Positions 49,722 to 59,073 of a stretch of 64,000 bases of DNA are shown here, in pieces. The notes beneath the pieces are model-generated. The model saw nothing but the letters and a program-made list of their open reading frames with translations, was not told where the DNA came from and did not search any database. Positions within the stretch are counted from its first letter, which is position 1. Each line of letters starts with the position of its first letter. A program made the translations under genes and the position numbers. Source of the stretch: Marispirochaeta sp. (GTDB lineage: Bacteria; Spirochaetota; Spirochaetia; JC444; Marispirochaetaceae); the NCBI GenBank assembly GCA_963676835.2, contig CAXXFF010000002.1, positions 768,001-832,000 of the forward strand. Direction: 5' to 3'.

Positions 49722-51520
49722 TAGATCAGGTTCTCCATTATGTAATCCCGGCGCTGGGGGGTGTTTTTACCCATATAAAATCCCAGGGTGTGGCTGATGT
49801 TTTTGAGGCTTTTTATGTTCACCTTAACCAGGCGCATATCCTCTCCGATAAACTGACCGAACTCCTTGGGGGAAATCTCTCCCAGTCCCTTGAAGCGGGT
49901 TACCTCAGGATTCTTGATCTCCTTGAGGGCTTCATCCTTTTCCTTGTTGGAGTAGCAGTAGCGGGTCTCCTTGCGGTTTCTTACCCGGAAAAGGGGCGTT
50001 TCCAGAATATAGATCCGTTCCGCCACGGCAAGTTCCTCAAAGAAGATGAGAAAGAAGGTTAAGAGCAGGTTGCGGATATGAAACCCGTCGTGGTCTGCGT
50101 CGGTGGCGATAACCACCCGGCCGTAGCGGAGATTTTCCACATCGTTTTCTATTCCCAGGGCCATCATCATGTTGTAGAGCTCTTCGTTCTTGTAGATGTC
50201 CGCCCGCTTTTTGGAATACATGTTCTGGGGTTTTCCCCTGAGAGAGAAGATAGCCTGGGTGTAAGGGTCTCGGCTTGAAACCATTGAACCCGAAGCAGAT
50301 GCACCTTCGGTGATGAAGATGGTTGAGGTGTCGCCCTTCTTGTCTCCCAGATGATATTTACAGTCTTTGAGGTTGGGTATCTTCAGGGCAATCTTTTTTG
50401 CCGCCGCCTTGGCCTCTTTTTTTACCGCGTTAAGCTCTTTCCTCAGTTTTTCGTTGGATATTATCTTGTCTTCGATTTTTTTCGAGGCATCGTTATTTTT
50501 ATGCAGAAAATCGACAACCCCGGATTTTACCTCCGCCACAATCCAGCCGCGGATTTCCGTGTTTCCAAGCTTGTTCTTGGTCTGACTTTCGAAGATCGGG
50601 TTGGTCAGCTTTACCGCAATGGCTCCGGCAATTCCGTCGCGGACATCCACTCCGGAGTAGTTCTTCTTGTAGAACTCATTCACCCCTTTGAGAATTCCTT
50701 CCCGGAATGCGCTCTGGTGGGTTCCTCCGTCGGAAGTAAACTGTCCGTTTACAAAGGAAAAGTAGGATTCTCCATAGTTGGCGGTATGGGTAAAAGCGAA
50801 TTCCAGCCGGTCTTCCTTGTAGTAGGCGCCTTCATAGAGGCACTCTTCGCCAACCTCTGCATTCAGAAGATCCTGGAGTCCGTTGGCGCTGTAGAACTTC
50901 TGTCCGTTCAGCAGCAGGGTCAGGCCTGAGTTGAGGCAGGCGTAATTCCAGAAGCGCTGTTCTATGTATTCCGTATTGAAGCTGTACTCACCGAAAATGT
51001 CTTCATCCGGGGTAAACTCCACCAGGGTTCCGTTCCGCTCCTTGGTACTGCCTTCCTTTTTTGAGACAAGGTTTCCTCTGGAGAAATTCGCTGTAAAGTA
51101 TTTTCCGTCCCGGTGACTGGTTACGGTAAAATCGATGGAGAGGGCGTTTACCGCCTTGGTTCCCACGCCGTTAAGTCCTACGGAGAACTGAAATACCTCA
51201 TCGTTGTACTTTGCTCCGGTATTGATAACCGAGACGCAGTCAATAACCTTGCCAAGGGGAATGCCCCGGCCGTAGTCCCTGACGCTTATCCGCTTGTCTT
51301 TAAGCTTCATCTCTATACGGCTTCCGTGGCCCATTATGTACTCATCAATTGCGTTGTCCACAACCTCTTTGATGAGAATATAGATGCCGTCATCCACGTT
51401 GCTGCCGTCACCGAGACGGCCTATGTACATACCCGTTCGCAGCCTGATGTGTTCCAGGGAACTGAGGGTTTTTATTTTGCTTTCGTCGTATACTGCCTGT
51501 TTCTTTGCCGCTTTTGCCAT
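49721..51520 (-). CDS. parE: DNA topoisomerase IV subunit B
   Basis: EVVDNAIDE, DYGRGIP, GLNGVG, TEGASA, LRGK, TDADHDG, RFKGLGE. Confidence 0.93.
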   Translation of the reverse strand: MAKAAKKQAVYDESKIKTLSSLEHIRLRTGMYIGRLGDGSNVDDGIYILIKEVVDNAIDEYIMGHGSRIEMKLKDKRISVRDYGRGIPLGKVIDCVSVINTGAKYNDEVFQFSVGLNGVGTKAVNALSIDFTVTSHRDGKYFTANFSRGNLVSKKEGSTKERNGTLVEFTPDEDIFGEYSFNTEYIEQRFWNYACLNSGLTLLLNGQKFYSANGLQDLLNAEVGEECLYEGAYYKEDRLEFAFTHTANYGESYFSFVNGQFTSDGGTHQSAFREGILKGVNEFYKKNYSGVDVRDGIAGAIAVKLTNPIFESQTKNKLGNTEIRGWIVAEVKSGVVDFLHKNNDASKKIEDKIISNEKLRKELNAVKKEAKAAAKKIALKIPNLKDCKYHLGDKKGDTSTIFITEGASASGSMVSSRDPYTQAIFSLRGKPQNMYSKKRADIYKNEELYNMMMALGIENDVENLRYGRVVIATDADHDGFHIRNLLLTFFLIFFEELAVAERIYILETPLFRVRNRKETRYCYSNKEKDEALKEIKNPEVTRFKGLGEISPKEFGQFIGEDMRLVKVNIKSLKNISHTLGFYMGKNTPQRRDYIMENLI

Positions 51521-51667
51521 GGGAGTAGTATCCGTACTGATTGAATTATTATGGGATCAGATCATCATAACAGAAAAGACGGTTTCCATCAAATGGCATC
51601 ATCTGCAGGGAAAATCGATGCGGGGTAAAGAAAGAGGCTGATTTCTCTTCGGGGGAGGATGCCGTTC

Positions 51668-53617
51668 TCAACGGGGAAAAAGTATGGTGAAGCAGACTCC
51701 CTTACTGTTTTCAAAGGTAACCGTACCCTCAAGCTGGTGTTCCGTAATTTCAGTTACAAGATTCAGGCCCAGACCCTGCTGCCCGCGGATATCAAACCCG
51801 TCGGGGAGCTGTACCCCGTCATTACAGAGACGAATCTCTATTTTGTTTTCTTCCGCGGGTTTGATGGTGAGTTCAATCTCTCCCCCTATTTTCCGGGGGA
51901 ATGCATATTTCAGGGTGTTGGATACCAGTTCGCTGACAATGAGTCCGCAGGAGACTGCTCTGTCCATATCGATGTTTATAGCCTCAATATCTGTTTTCAG
52001 TTCAATCTGCTTGAACTTCTCGCTGACGGACTCCACCTGAAGCTCCGCAACTTCCTGCAGATATGTGCCTAAATCGAGGTTTTCCAGATCACTGGTCTGG
52101 TACAGCTTGCGGTTAACCAGCATGATGGACTGGATCTTGCCGATCAGGGTCTCCATATCTTCACTGGTCATCCCTTCCTTTCCGCTGAGCATATGCAGCC
52201 TCACAAGGGATATTACAAAGTTCAGATTGTTCTTTGTCCGGTGGTAGACCTCTTTGAGCAGAACTTCTTTTTCTTCCAGAGAGGCCAGCAGCAGTTTGTG
52301 CTCTTTTCTCAGCTCATTTTCCGCACCGGTTCGCTGATTCACTTCACTTTGCAGCTTATCAAGCAGTTCCCGGACTCTTCCGGTTCCGCGGTTGTAAGCT
52401 TTCTTTACCTCTTCAAATTCGGCAATCTTGAAATTATCTCTCTTTTCAATGCCGGCGTCATCGGGAAAATGGCTCATTGAATCGATGAGCGAATGAAGGG
52501 GCGCGATCAGTCGGCGGGCGAGGAAAATTGATACAAATATTTCGATAAGGATAACCAAACCGATAAGCCCTATGGTCAGCTGGGTAATAAAGTAGAGCCT
52601 GCCCAGAAACTGATTGGCCGGTACCGCCAGCATCATTGTCCACTGGTCTCCGCCGGGGGTGTTAAAGATATGTGTATGCATAAAATAGCGTTCCCTGAAG
52701 GCGAACAGGTCGTAGTTGCCCGGTCCTGTCGGTTTGAGCTTTTTGCCATTCTCTTCCAGCAGAATACTGCCTTTTCGAATGACCTCATTACTGCTCATGC
52801 TGCCGGGCAGGCGCTTGAAGGTGCTGCCCTCTTTGATTAAGGGTATCTCCTTTCCGGAGGTTGCCAGAAGCATCCCGTCTTCATCCAGCAGGGCAAGGTG
52901 GGCATTTATGGTATTGCTTGTCTTTTCAAGAAAGCTGCCTAGTTGGGAGAAAAAAAGATCTGTAGAGAACACTCCCAGCAGTTCCCTTTTTTCCAGTGAG
53001 TACACCGGCATGCTCACCGCAATGGCCAGATCCTGGCCGGTAAAGAGGGGGTAAGGTTCGGTCCAGAATGTCTTCTGAGTTTCCACAGCACCGGTGTACC
53101 AGGGGCGGGTCCGGGCATCGAAACCGTTAAACTCCGCCAGGGTTTCAGTTGGTTTTCCAACATCATCTATGCGGGTTTTGTAGAATGTGCCCGGGGTAAA
53201 ATCCCGGGTACCGGTTATATAGTATTCGGCTGGATCTCCTTCTCTTCCGGCACCGGCAAAGCCTCCGCTGCTGCTGCCGAAATAGACACTGCTGATGGTG
53301 GGGTATTCAAGCACCTGATGATACAGATAGGTCTGAAGCTGATCCTGGTCGCTATAATCAAGCAGATTGGAAAGTATAAGGTTTTTATCAATTTTGACCG
53401 CCTGCAGCGGGTTTTCGAGAAAAACCTCAAGATGATCACTCACACGCTTACAGAGGGATTCCGTATGGGCATTGGCAAGGGTTTCCACGGAGCTTACTGC
53501 GTTGATGACGGAAAATATGGTCCCCGCGGTGCCGATAATTATTATGGATGACAAGAGGGGTATAAAAAGGTATGTAATAAGGGGCCTGCCCTTCTTCGGT
53601 GCCTGATCTTCGGCCAT
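51668..53617 (-). CDS. Cache-domain sensor histidine kinase (HisKA_2)
   Basis: Two TMs, FDARTRPWY..WTEPY, EVYHRTKNNL, ELVSNTLKYAF, GLGL. Confidence 0.9.
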   Translation of the reverse strand: MAEDQAPKKGRPLITYLFIPLLSSIIIIGTAGTIFSVINAVSSVETLANAHTESLCKRVSDHLEVFLENPLQAVKIDKNLILSNLLDYSDQDQLQTYLYHQVLEYPTISSVYFGSSSGGFAGAGREGDPAEYYITGTRDFTPGTFYKTRIDDVGKPTETLAEFNGFDARTRPWYTGAVETQKTFWTEPYPLFTGQDLAIAVSMPVYSLEKRELLGVFSTDLFFSQLGSFLEKTSNTINAHLALLDEDGMLLATSGKEIPLIKEGSTFKRLPGSMSSNEVIRKGSILLEENGKKLKPTGPGNYDLFAFRERYFMHTHIFNTPGGDQWTMMLAVPANQFLGRLYFITQLTIGLIGLVILIEIFVSIFLARRLIAPLHSLIDSMSHFPDDAGIEKRDNFKIAEFEEVKKAYNRGTGRVRELLDKLQSEVNQRTGAENELRKEHKLLLASLEEKEVLLKEVYHRTKNNLNFVISLVRLHMLSGKEGMTSEDMETLIGKIQSIMLVNRKLYQTSDLENLDLGTYLQEVAELQVESVSEKFKQIELKTDIEAINIDMDRAVSCGLIVSELVSNTLKYAFPRKIGGEIELTIKPAEENKIEIRLCNDGVQLPDGFDIRGQQGLGLNLVTEITEHQLEGTVTFENSKGVCFTILFPR

Positions 53618-53701
53618 GTACCCAGTATAGTATGAGAATCTCTATTCTGCAAAAGAAGGTGTGGTTAAGCTGCTATCGTTTCTTTGCTTGATTATTTAGG
53701 G

Positions 53702-53980
53702 TTATTCCCCGTCAAGGAGAAGTTCTTTACGGTGAAGAAGGGCATCCACGATCTTTTTTCTTCCCGATGTCAGAAGCCGCTGTACGGTTCCCCGGGAGAT
53801 GCCCATGGCATCTCCAGCTTCTATCTGGCTGAGTCCGTCATGATCACAGAGGCGGACCGCCTCAAATTCATCCAGACGCAGGTGAATCTTCTCAAGTTCC
53901 CTTGAGGGGATCCCCGCCGGTTTGAAATTGCGTGTACCATCGAGCCGCCTGCAGTGCCGGTGTTTACAGTTTCTGGGCAT
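53702..53980 (-). CDS. DUF134 HTH protein
   Basis: MPR..R, FKPAG, DEFEAVRLCD..SQIEAGDAMGISRGT. Confidence 0.9.
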   Translation of the reverse strand: MPRNCKHRHCRRLDGTRNFKPAGIPSRELEKIHLRLDEFEAVRLCDHDGLSQIEAGDAMGISRGTVQRLLTSGRKKIVDALLHRKELLLDGE

Positions 53981-54852
53981 TATTCCATTCCGCTTATTTT
54001 CTGCACAAATTCTTCCCATCGGGCATCCAGAAAAAGCTTTTCTGCCGCAAGGGCGGGTATTTTGCGCTCCGTTATGGCTTCCACCATAACATTATCAAAG
54101 GGCAGTTTCAAAGCCGGCTCCATTCCCGTTTTACTGCACAGCTGTTCTATCTGCAGGCTTATATCCGGTGCCAGATCGTATTTGTTGATAACAACAAATA
54201 CCCGTTTTGAAAATCTCGCGGCTACCTCTGCAGCTCTTTCAAGGTCGTGCAGGCCGGAGCGGGTGGGCTCGGTAACAATTACAGCCGTATCAGTGCCTGT
54301 AACTGCGGAAATTACGTTACAGCCGATTCCGGGAGGGCCGTCGATCAGAATTATGCCGCTTCCCGCTTTCTCTGCCCGTTCCCGGGCCTCCAGCCGTACT
54401 TTTGCTACCAGTTTCCCCGAGGTCTCTTCCCCGGGAATAAGCCGGGCATGAACCATCGGGCCGTAGGCGGTATCCGAATGGCTGACGGTACCCACCTTCC
54501 AGTCCTGCATGGAGATAGCCTTCTCCGGACAGAACTCGGCACATACCCCGCAGCCTTCGCAGCGGGAAGGATCTATTTCGCAGGGGCTGCTGATGGCCTT
54601 GAATTTACAGAGATCCAGGCATTTTCCACAGTCTGTGCATGTCGCCGGGTTACATACAGCTTTCCGGGTACCGATAAAATCTTCTGTCTCCGTGGTTTCC
54701 GGTTTGAGCAGAATATGCAGGTCCGGGGCATCCACGTCGCAGTCCGCAAGAACAATGTTGTCCATAAAGGGGACCAGGGACGCGGTGAGGCTTGTTTTTC
54801 CCGTACCGCCCTTGCCGCTGATAAGCACTATTTCATGAATGGACACAGGCAT
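53980..54852 (-). CDS. MinD-like P-loop ATPase with inserted 4Fe-4S ferredoxin
   Basis: SGKGGTGKT, DCDVDAPD, CTDCGKC, CEGCGVC..CP, DGPPGIGC. Confidence 0.92.
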   Translation of the reverse strand: MPVSIHEIVLISGKGGTGKTSLTASLVPFMDNIVLADCDVDAPDLHILLKPETTETEDFIGTRKAVCNPATCTDCGKCLDLCKFKAISSPCEIDPSRCEGCGVCAEFCPEKAISMQDWKVGTVSHSDTAYGPMVHARLIPGEETSGKLVAKVRLEARERAEKAGSGIILIDGPPGIGCNVISAVTGTDTAVIVTEPTRSGLHDLERAAEVAARFSKRVFVVINKYDLAPDISLQIEQLCSKTGMEPALKLPFDNVMVEAITERKIPALAAEKLFLDARWEEFVQKISGME

Positions 54853-55687
54853 GTTCCCCCTCTTTACGTATGGTCTGCCAGATTTCCTCAAAGAGCTGGC
54901 GGTTTTCCCTGTCAATCAGAACAGCGGGAATTCCCCGGGCGTAGGCCTCTGCAATGGGGCGGGAGAAGGGAATCTTACCCAGGATGGGCAGCCCCTTTTC
55001 CCTGCAGTACTCATACACCTCGTTATCGCCGATGCCGGCTTTGTTTACCACCACGCCGGCGGGAATCTTCATTTCTTCAAGCATCTCAGCCGCCATTTTC
55101 ATGTCGCTCACGCCGAAGGGGGTGGGTTCTGTTACCAGGACGGCAAAATCACAGTGTTCAACCGCTGCTACGGTGGAGCAGGAGGTTCCCGGGGGGGCAT
55201 CGATTATGAGTACCGGTTCTTCGGCGCTAATATCCCGCATGCGGTGGATTATTTTTACCCCCGAATACTCGCCGGTATTCAGTTTGCCATACATAAGTCT
55301 GGGGGTCGTTCCCCGGGCTGCGGCATATACGGCACCGGTTCCGCGGCTTTCGTAGCTTATGGCATCTGCGGGACAGACCAGAGCGCAGCCGCCGCAGTCG
55401 TGGCAGAGCTCCTTCATGGCTATGGTAAGGCTTTTTCCGGCGATAAAGACATTAAAGCGGCAGAACTGGGCACAGCGGCGGCAGTGGGTGCATTTTTCGT
55501 TGTCCACCACCGGATATTCGGTACGGATCTCCTCCAGAAGCGGAGCTTCCGCTTTAAGGAACAGGTGGGCATTGGGCTCCTCCACATCACAATCCAGAAG
55601 CAGCGCCTGCTCTGCCACCAGGCTGAGATTGACCGACAGGGTTGTCTTCCCCGTACCCCCCTTGCCGCTCAGGATGGCAATTTTCAT
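54833..55687 (-). CDS. MinD-like P-loop ATPase with inserted 4Fe-4S ferredoxin (paralog)
   Basis: SGKGGTGKT, DCDVEEPN, CTHCRRC, CHDCGGC..CP, DAPPGTSC. Confidence 0.92.
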   Translation of the reverse strand: MKIAILSGKGGTGKTTLSVNLSLVAEQALLLDCDVEEPNAHLFLKAEAPLLEEIRTEYPVVDNEKCTHCRRCAQFCRFNVFIAGKSLTIAMKELCHDCGGCALVCPADAISYESRGTGAVYAAARGTTPRLMYGKLNTGEYSGVKIIHRMRDISAEEPVLIIDAPPGTSCSTVAAVEHCDFAVLVTEPTPFGVSDMKMAAEMLEEMKIPAGVVVNKAGIGDNEVYEYCREKGLPILGKIPFSRPIAEAYARGIPAVLIDRENRQLFEEIWQTIRKEGEHACVHS

Positions 55688-56049
55688 GCCTTGTGGAGCC
55701 CCTTGGCCATGGGGTTTTCAATTACCTGCAGTGCATTGTTGTTAAAGGCTTCCAGGGCGTCTGCTGCATTGGCTGAGCTTCCCTGTCTGTAGGGGGTAAT
55801 GGAAAACTGTTCCAGTGCGGTGAATGCCTGGGGGCCGGTTTCGGGTGCGATAACTGCTTCCGCACCGGCATCAACCAGCTGCTGAACCGCCTGACTTCCG
55901 GCTCCGCCGGCTGCGTTTTTTGCACTGTTCTCTCTGGCGGTAACATCCTTTGTTTCGGTGTTAAAAAAGAGAAAATAATCAGCCCTGCCGAAACGGCCGG
56001 ACAGAGGGGCATCCATGGTTGTTCCGGTGCTGCAGAATGCAATAATCAT
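55684..56049 (-). CDS. NifB/NifX family protein
   Basis: RFGRADYF, GAG, GPQAF. Confidence 0.88.
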   Translation of the reverse strand: MIIAFCSTGTTMDAPLSGRFGRADYFLFFNTETKDVTARENSAKNAAGGAGSQAVQQLVDAGAEAVIAPETGPQAFTALEQFSITPYRQGSSANAADALEAFNNNALQVIENPMAKGLHKA

Positions 56050-56060
56050 GATTCTCCTCC

Positions 56061-56417
56061 CTATGCGTGATGGTGTTCACATACGGATCCGGTTGACTCG
56101 AGGTTTCCCTTAAGGTAGCCCGCAAGGTTTTCGGTAATGGTGCCGGCGGCGCCGAGAATGACTTCAATATTCTGCTGCTTGAACAGGTCTACCGCCATTC
56201 CGCCCATGCCTCCGGTAATAATTACATCCGCACCGTTATCACCAACAAATTTTGGGATTACTCCCGGTGCATGGGGGGGCGGGGTAAGAAAATCGGTTCC
56301 GGCAACATTGCCTTCTTTAATGTTTACAAAGGCAAATTCCTTTGCGTGTCCGAAGTGGCTTTCCACCATTACTCTGTCGTTTGTAGGGAAAGCTATGCGG
56401 CAGTTATTAATATCCAT
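56061..56417 (-). CDS. NifB/NifX family protein
   Basis: IAFP, HFGHA, GGMG, C-terminal CEHHH; AAGGAG RBS before MDINN. Confidence 0.88.
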   Translation of the reverse strand: MDINNCRIAFPTNDRVMVESHFGHAKEFAFVNIKEGNVAGTDFLTPPPHAPGVIPKFVGDNGADVIITGGMGGMAVDLFKQQNIEVILGAAGTITENLAGYLKGNLESTGSVCEHHHA

Positions 56418-56438
56418 ATTTCGTCTCCTTCGCAAAAG

Positions 56439-56452
56439 TGTGCATATGCACA
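56439..56452. promoter_or_regulatory. Perfect 14-bp palindrome, candidate operator
   Basis: TGTGCATATGCACA, about 22 bp upstream of the operon start codon. Confidence 0.65.
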
Positions 56453-56546
56453 TATTAAGACTGAATACGAATCTGTGCAATACCCTTAGGGACTTTTCTT
56501 GATTCATGTATGGCCGTGAGGATATACTGCCTCAACGGAGGCGAGT

Positions 56547-57029
56547 ATGGGAAAAACGCTGCTGCTTCTCAGGCATGGCAAAACAGAACACCGCAACTAC
56601 AGTAATGATCACCAGCGCGAGCTCACCTCCCGGGGCGAGACCCAGGCACGTTTTATCGGCGAATATATAAAAAGCAAAGGAATACATCTGGATAAAATTG
56701 TCTCCTCCTCTGCTGTGCGGGCCGAGAGCACTGCGGAAATATGTTCGGCAGCTCAAGGATTTTCCGGGGTGGTGGAAGTTACCGACGGGCTCTATGGTAT
56801 CAACACCGATGAACTGCTGCGCTATATCGCCGCTCTGGACCCGGCGCTTGATTCAGTACTGTTCGTAGGGCACAATCCCTGCTTTGAAGAGGCAGTCTCC
56901 TTTCTTGCAAGGAAGATGGTCGGAATGGGGACCGGTGACTGCGCCCGGTTTAGTATTGATTCTGCAGACTGGAATGTCCTGTCAGGCAGAACTGTAATTA
57001 CATTTGAAGAGATTATTCAGGCCGACTGA
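56547..57029 (+). CDS. sixA: SixA-like phosphohistidine phosphatase
   Basis: LLRHGK, DHQRELT, SSAVRA, VGHNP. Confidence 0.85.
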   Translation: MGKTLLLLRHGKTEHRNYSNDHQRELTSRGETQARFIGEYIKSKGIHLDKIVSSSAVRAESTAEICSAAQGFSGVVEVTDGLYGINTDELLRYIAALDPALDSVLFVGHNPCFEEAVSFLARKMVGMGTGDCARFSIDSADWNVLSGRTVITFEEIIQAD

Positions 57030-57057
57030 AGGTCGGTACCGTCAAGGAGATATGTCC

Positions 57058-57333
57058 ATGGAATGGAGAGCAAGTCACATACTGGTAAAAGACCGGGCTC
57101 AGGCCCAGGAGCTGCTTAAAAAGGTTAAAAGCGGAGGAAACTTCGCCGCCATTGCACGGGATTTTTCCACCTGTCCCTCAAAATCAAAGGGGGGAGACCT
57201 GGGCTGGTTCGGCCCCGGGAAAATGGTACCCCAGTTTGAACAGGCCTGTGCAAAGATGTCTGTAGGCAGTATAAGCCAGGTTGTCAGTACCCAGTTCGGG
57301 CATCACATTATAAAGCTCACAGGCCGCAGGTAA
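57058..57333 (+). CDS. ppiC: Parvulin peptidyl-prolyl isomerase
   Basis: ASHILVK, STCPS..GGDLG, MVPQFE, TQFGHHII. Confidence 0.93.
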   Translation: MEWRASHILVKDRAQAQELLKKVKSGGNFAAIARDFSTCPSKSKGGDLGWFGPGKMVPQFEQACAKMSVGSISQVVSTQFGHHIIKLTGRR

Positions 57334-57427
57334 ATCAGGCATCGGCACTTTAGATTCTGGTAATCATTACCGATAAATCAAGCACAAAGCATTTTTTTAC
57401 CTTAATGTCAAATTTTGAGGAGTATGT

Positions 57428-57658
57428 ATGTTCAAATGCGAAAGTGCCGACGCCTGTCCGATTTTTTCAGGTCTTCTGAAGGACCGGGAGTTTACCACAA
57501 AAAGTTATAGATCCCTCTTCTGCGAGTCCAGCGAAGGTCAGAGAAACGAGTGCCGCCGCTGGCAGTGCAAAGAGAAATACGGAAGTGTTCCTTCTGATCT
57601 TCTTCCCAATGCGAAAGAGACTGTGGAAGAGCTGGGGAAAAAGTTCAGCCTGGTTTAG
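57428..57658 (+). CDS. Small Cys-rich hypothetical protein, 76 aa
   Basis: GAGGAG RBS; Cx5CPIF..FC..CRRW..VPSDLLP, paralogous to 19308-19517. Confidence 0.75.
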   Translation: MFKCESADACPIFSGLLKDREFTTKSYRSLFCESSEGQRNECRRWQCKEKYGSVPSDLLPNAKETVEELGKKFSLV

Positions 57659-58952
57659 TCTGCGGATTTAGCTGAGATTTGAGGTTTTTACCGGGGGAAG
57701 TGCTGAATACAGCGGTAGCTCCCCGGCGTCCTTTAAGCAGCACTTCTCCCCGGGGAATGAATATCTTGCGGTCGGCGGGGCTCAGCTGATCCATTACATA
57801 GCTGCTTATTACCAAAGGCGCCTGTACCTTTTTGGTCAGAGTTTCCAGCCGGGAAGCAACATTTACGGTATCTCCTATTACTGTAAAATTCCTGCGGTTC
57901 TTACTGCCTATATCTCCAACGATTACCCTGCCGAAGTTAATGCCGATGCCTATTTCCTGAATAAGCGGAAGATTCCGTGCAAGGAGTCGGGCTTTGAGCT
58001 CTTCCAGGCCGGAATAGAGGGCGAGGGCACAGTTTACCGCCTGGCTGCAGGCGGTTTCCACATTATCCAGACCGAAGATGACCATAACCGCATCTCCGAT
58101 ATACTTATCAATTATACCGCCGTACTTTTCTACCTCTTCGTCCCACCAGCTGAAGTATTCGTTCAGCATTTCCGTAATTTCATCGGGAGATCTGTTTTCA
58201 GAGATGCTGGTAAAGTCGCGGATGTCTGAAAAAAGAATTGCCGCTTCCCGGCTTTCGGAAAGGGTGTCCTGTTCTCGTGCGAGAATTCTGTCCCGTACAT
58301 TTTTATCTACATAACGGCCGAAAAGGGTATGGATCCGTTCAGACAGCTGCAGTATGCGGATTCTCCCTATGCTTATACTCAGCGCAAGAAATACCCCTCC
58401 AAGAATTACAAATACATGAGCCGGGTCGGAAATGAAATCCGCGAAGGAGGCTGGAAACGCATTTATCTGGAGCAGGGAGTAATACTCTTCTATGTTCAGC
58501 AGACCATTTGCCAGTCTTTCATCCAGGTTCAGCTGGACATCAAAATAAAAATAGACAATCAGAAAAGACGCAACGTTGGTTCCGGTAAGCAGAAACTCCA
58601 GGGGAACTTTTGATTTTGTATTTTCAGATTTTATCAGCAGTGCCTGGGTTAATCCGGTGAGGATCGAGCTGAACCAGAAGAACATATGTCCCATATTGAA
58701 AACAAAAGCCAGCCCTTCGGGGATTTCCACCAGGGTATAGAACCCGGGGGCAATAAGGGAAAGAAAAAAGCGCGGCAGCGCACGCGTGCCGAAAAATACC
58801 AGCATGGATGTCTGCAGCACCAGGATAAGGAGTAAAACAGTATGACCCGTGTTCTGGAAGTAGTTAAATCCGGAGCTGCTGAAATTCATAAGGATATAAA
58901 ACAGAGCAAACTGACCGGAATTGAGGAGCAGTTCGTTGCCGAATTTTTTCAT
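57645..58952 (-). CDS. Membrane-bound class III adenylate/guanylate cyclase
   Basis: FSDIRDFT, DKYIGDAVM, IGINFG, GDTVNVASRLE. Confidence 0.93.
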   Translation of the reverse strand: MKKFGNELLLNSGQFALFYILMNFSSSGFNYFQNTGHTVLLLILVLQTSMLVFFGTRALPRFFLSLIAPGFYTLVEIPEGLAFVFNMGHMFFWFSSILTGLTQALLIKSENTKSKVPLEFLLTGTNVASFLIVYFYFDVQLNLDERLANGLLNIEEYYSLLQINAFPASFADFISDPAHVFVILGGVFLALSISIGRIRILQLSERIHTLFGRYVDKNVRDRILAREQDTLSESREAAILFSDIRDFTSISENRSPDEITEMLNEYFSWWDEEVEKYGGIIDKYIGDAVMVIFGLDNVETACSQAVNCALALYSGLEELKARLLARNLPLIQEIGIGINFGRVIVGDIGSKNRRNFTVIGDTVNVASRLETLTKKVQAPLVISSYVMDQLSPADRKIFIPRGEVLLKGRRGATAVFSTSPGKNLKSQLNPQTKPG

Positions 58953-59073
58953 AAAATTTTTCAGATAGGAGCCTCCGGGTATAAATCATAAAGCACAGAT
59001 GTTCTCCTGGCAAATAGAATGAAAAATTTTATGCCTACTTGATTAGTTTTTTTTATCTCAGTACCGTTGATCT

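Noticed and set aside
55684..56417. Nitrogen fixation genes
   Set aside because: NifB/NifX-like domains occur widely outside nif clusters, and there is no nifHDK here
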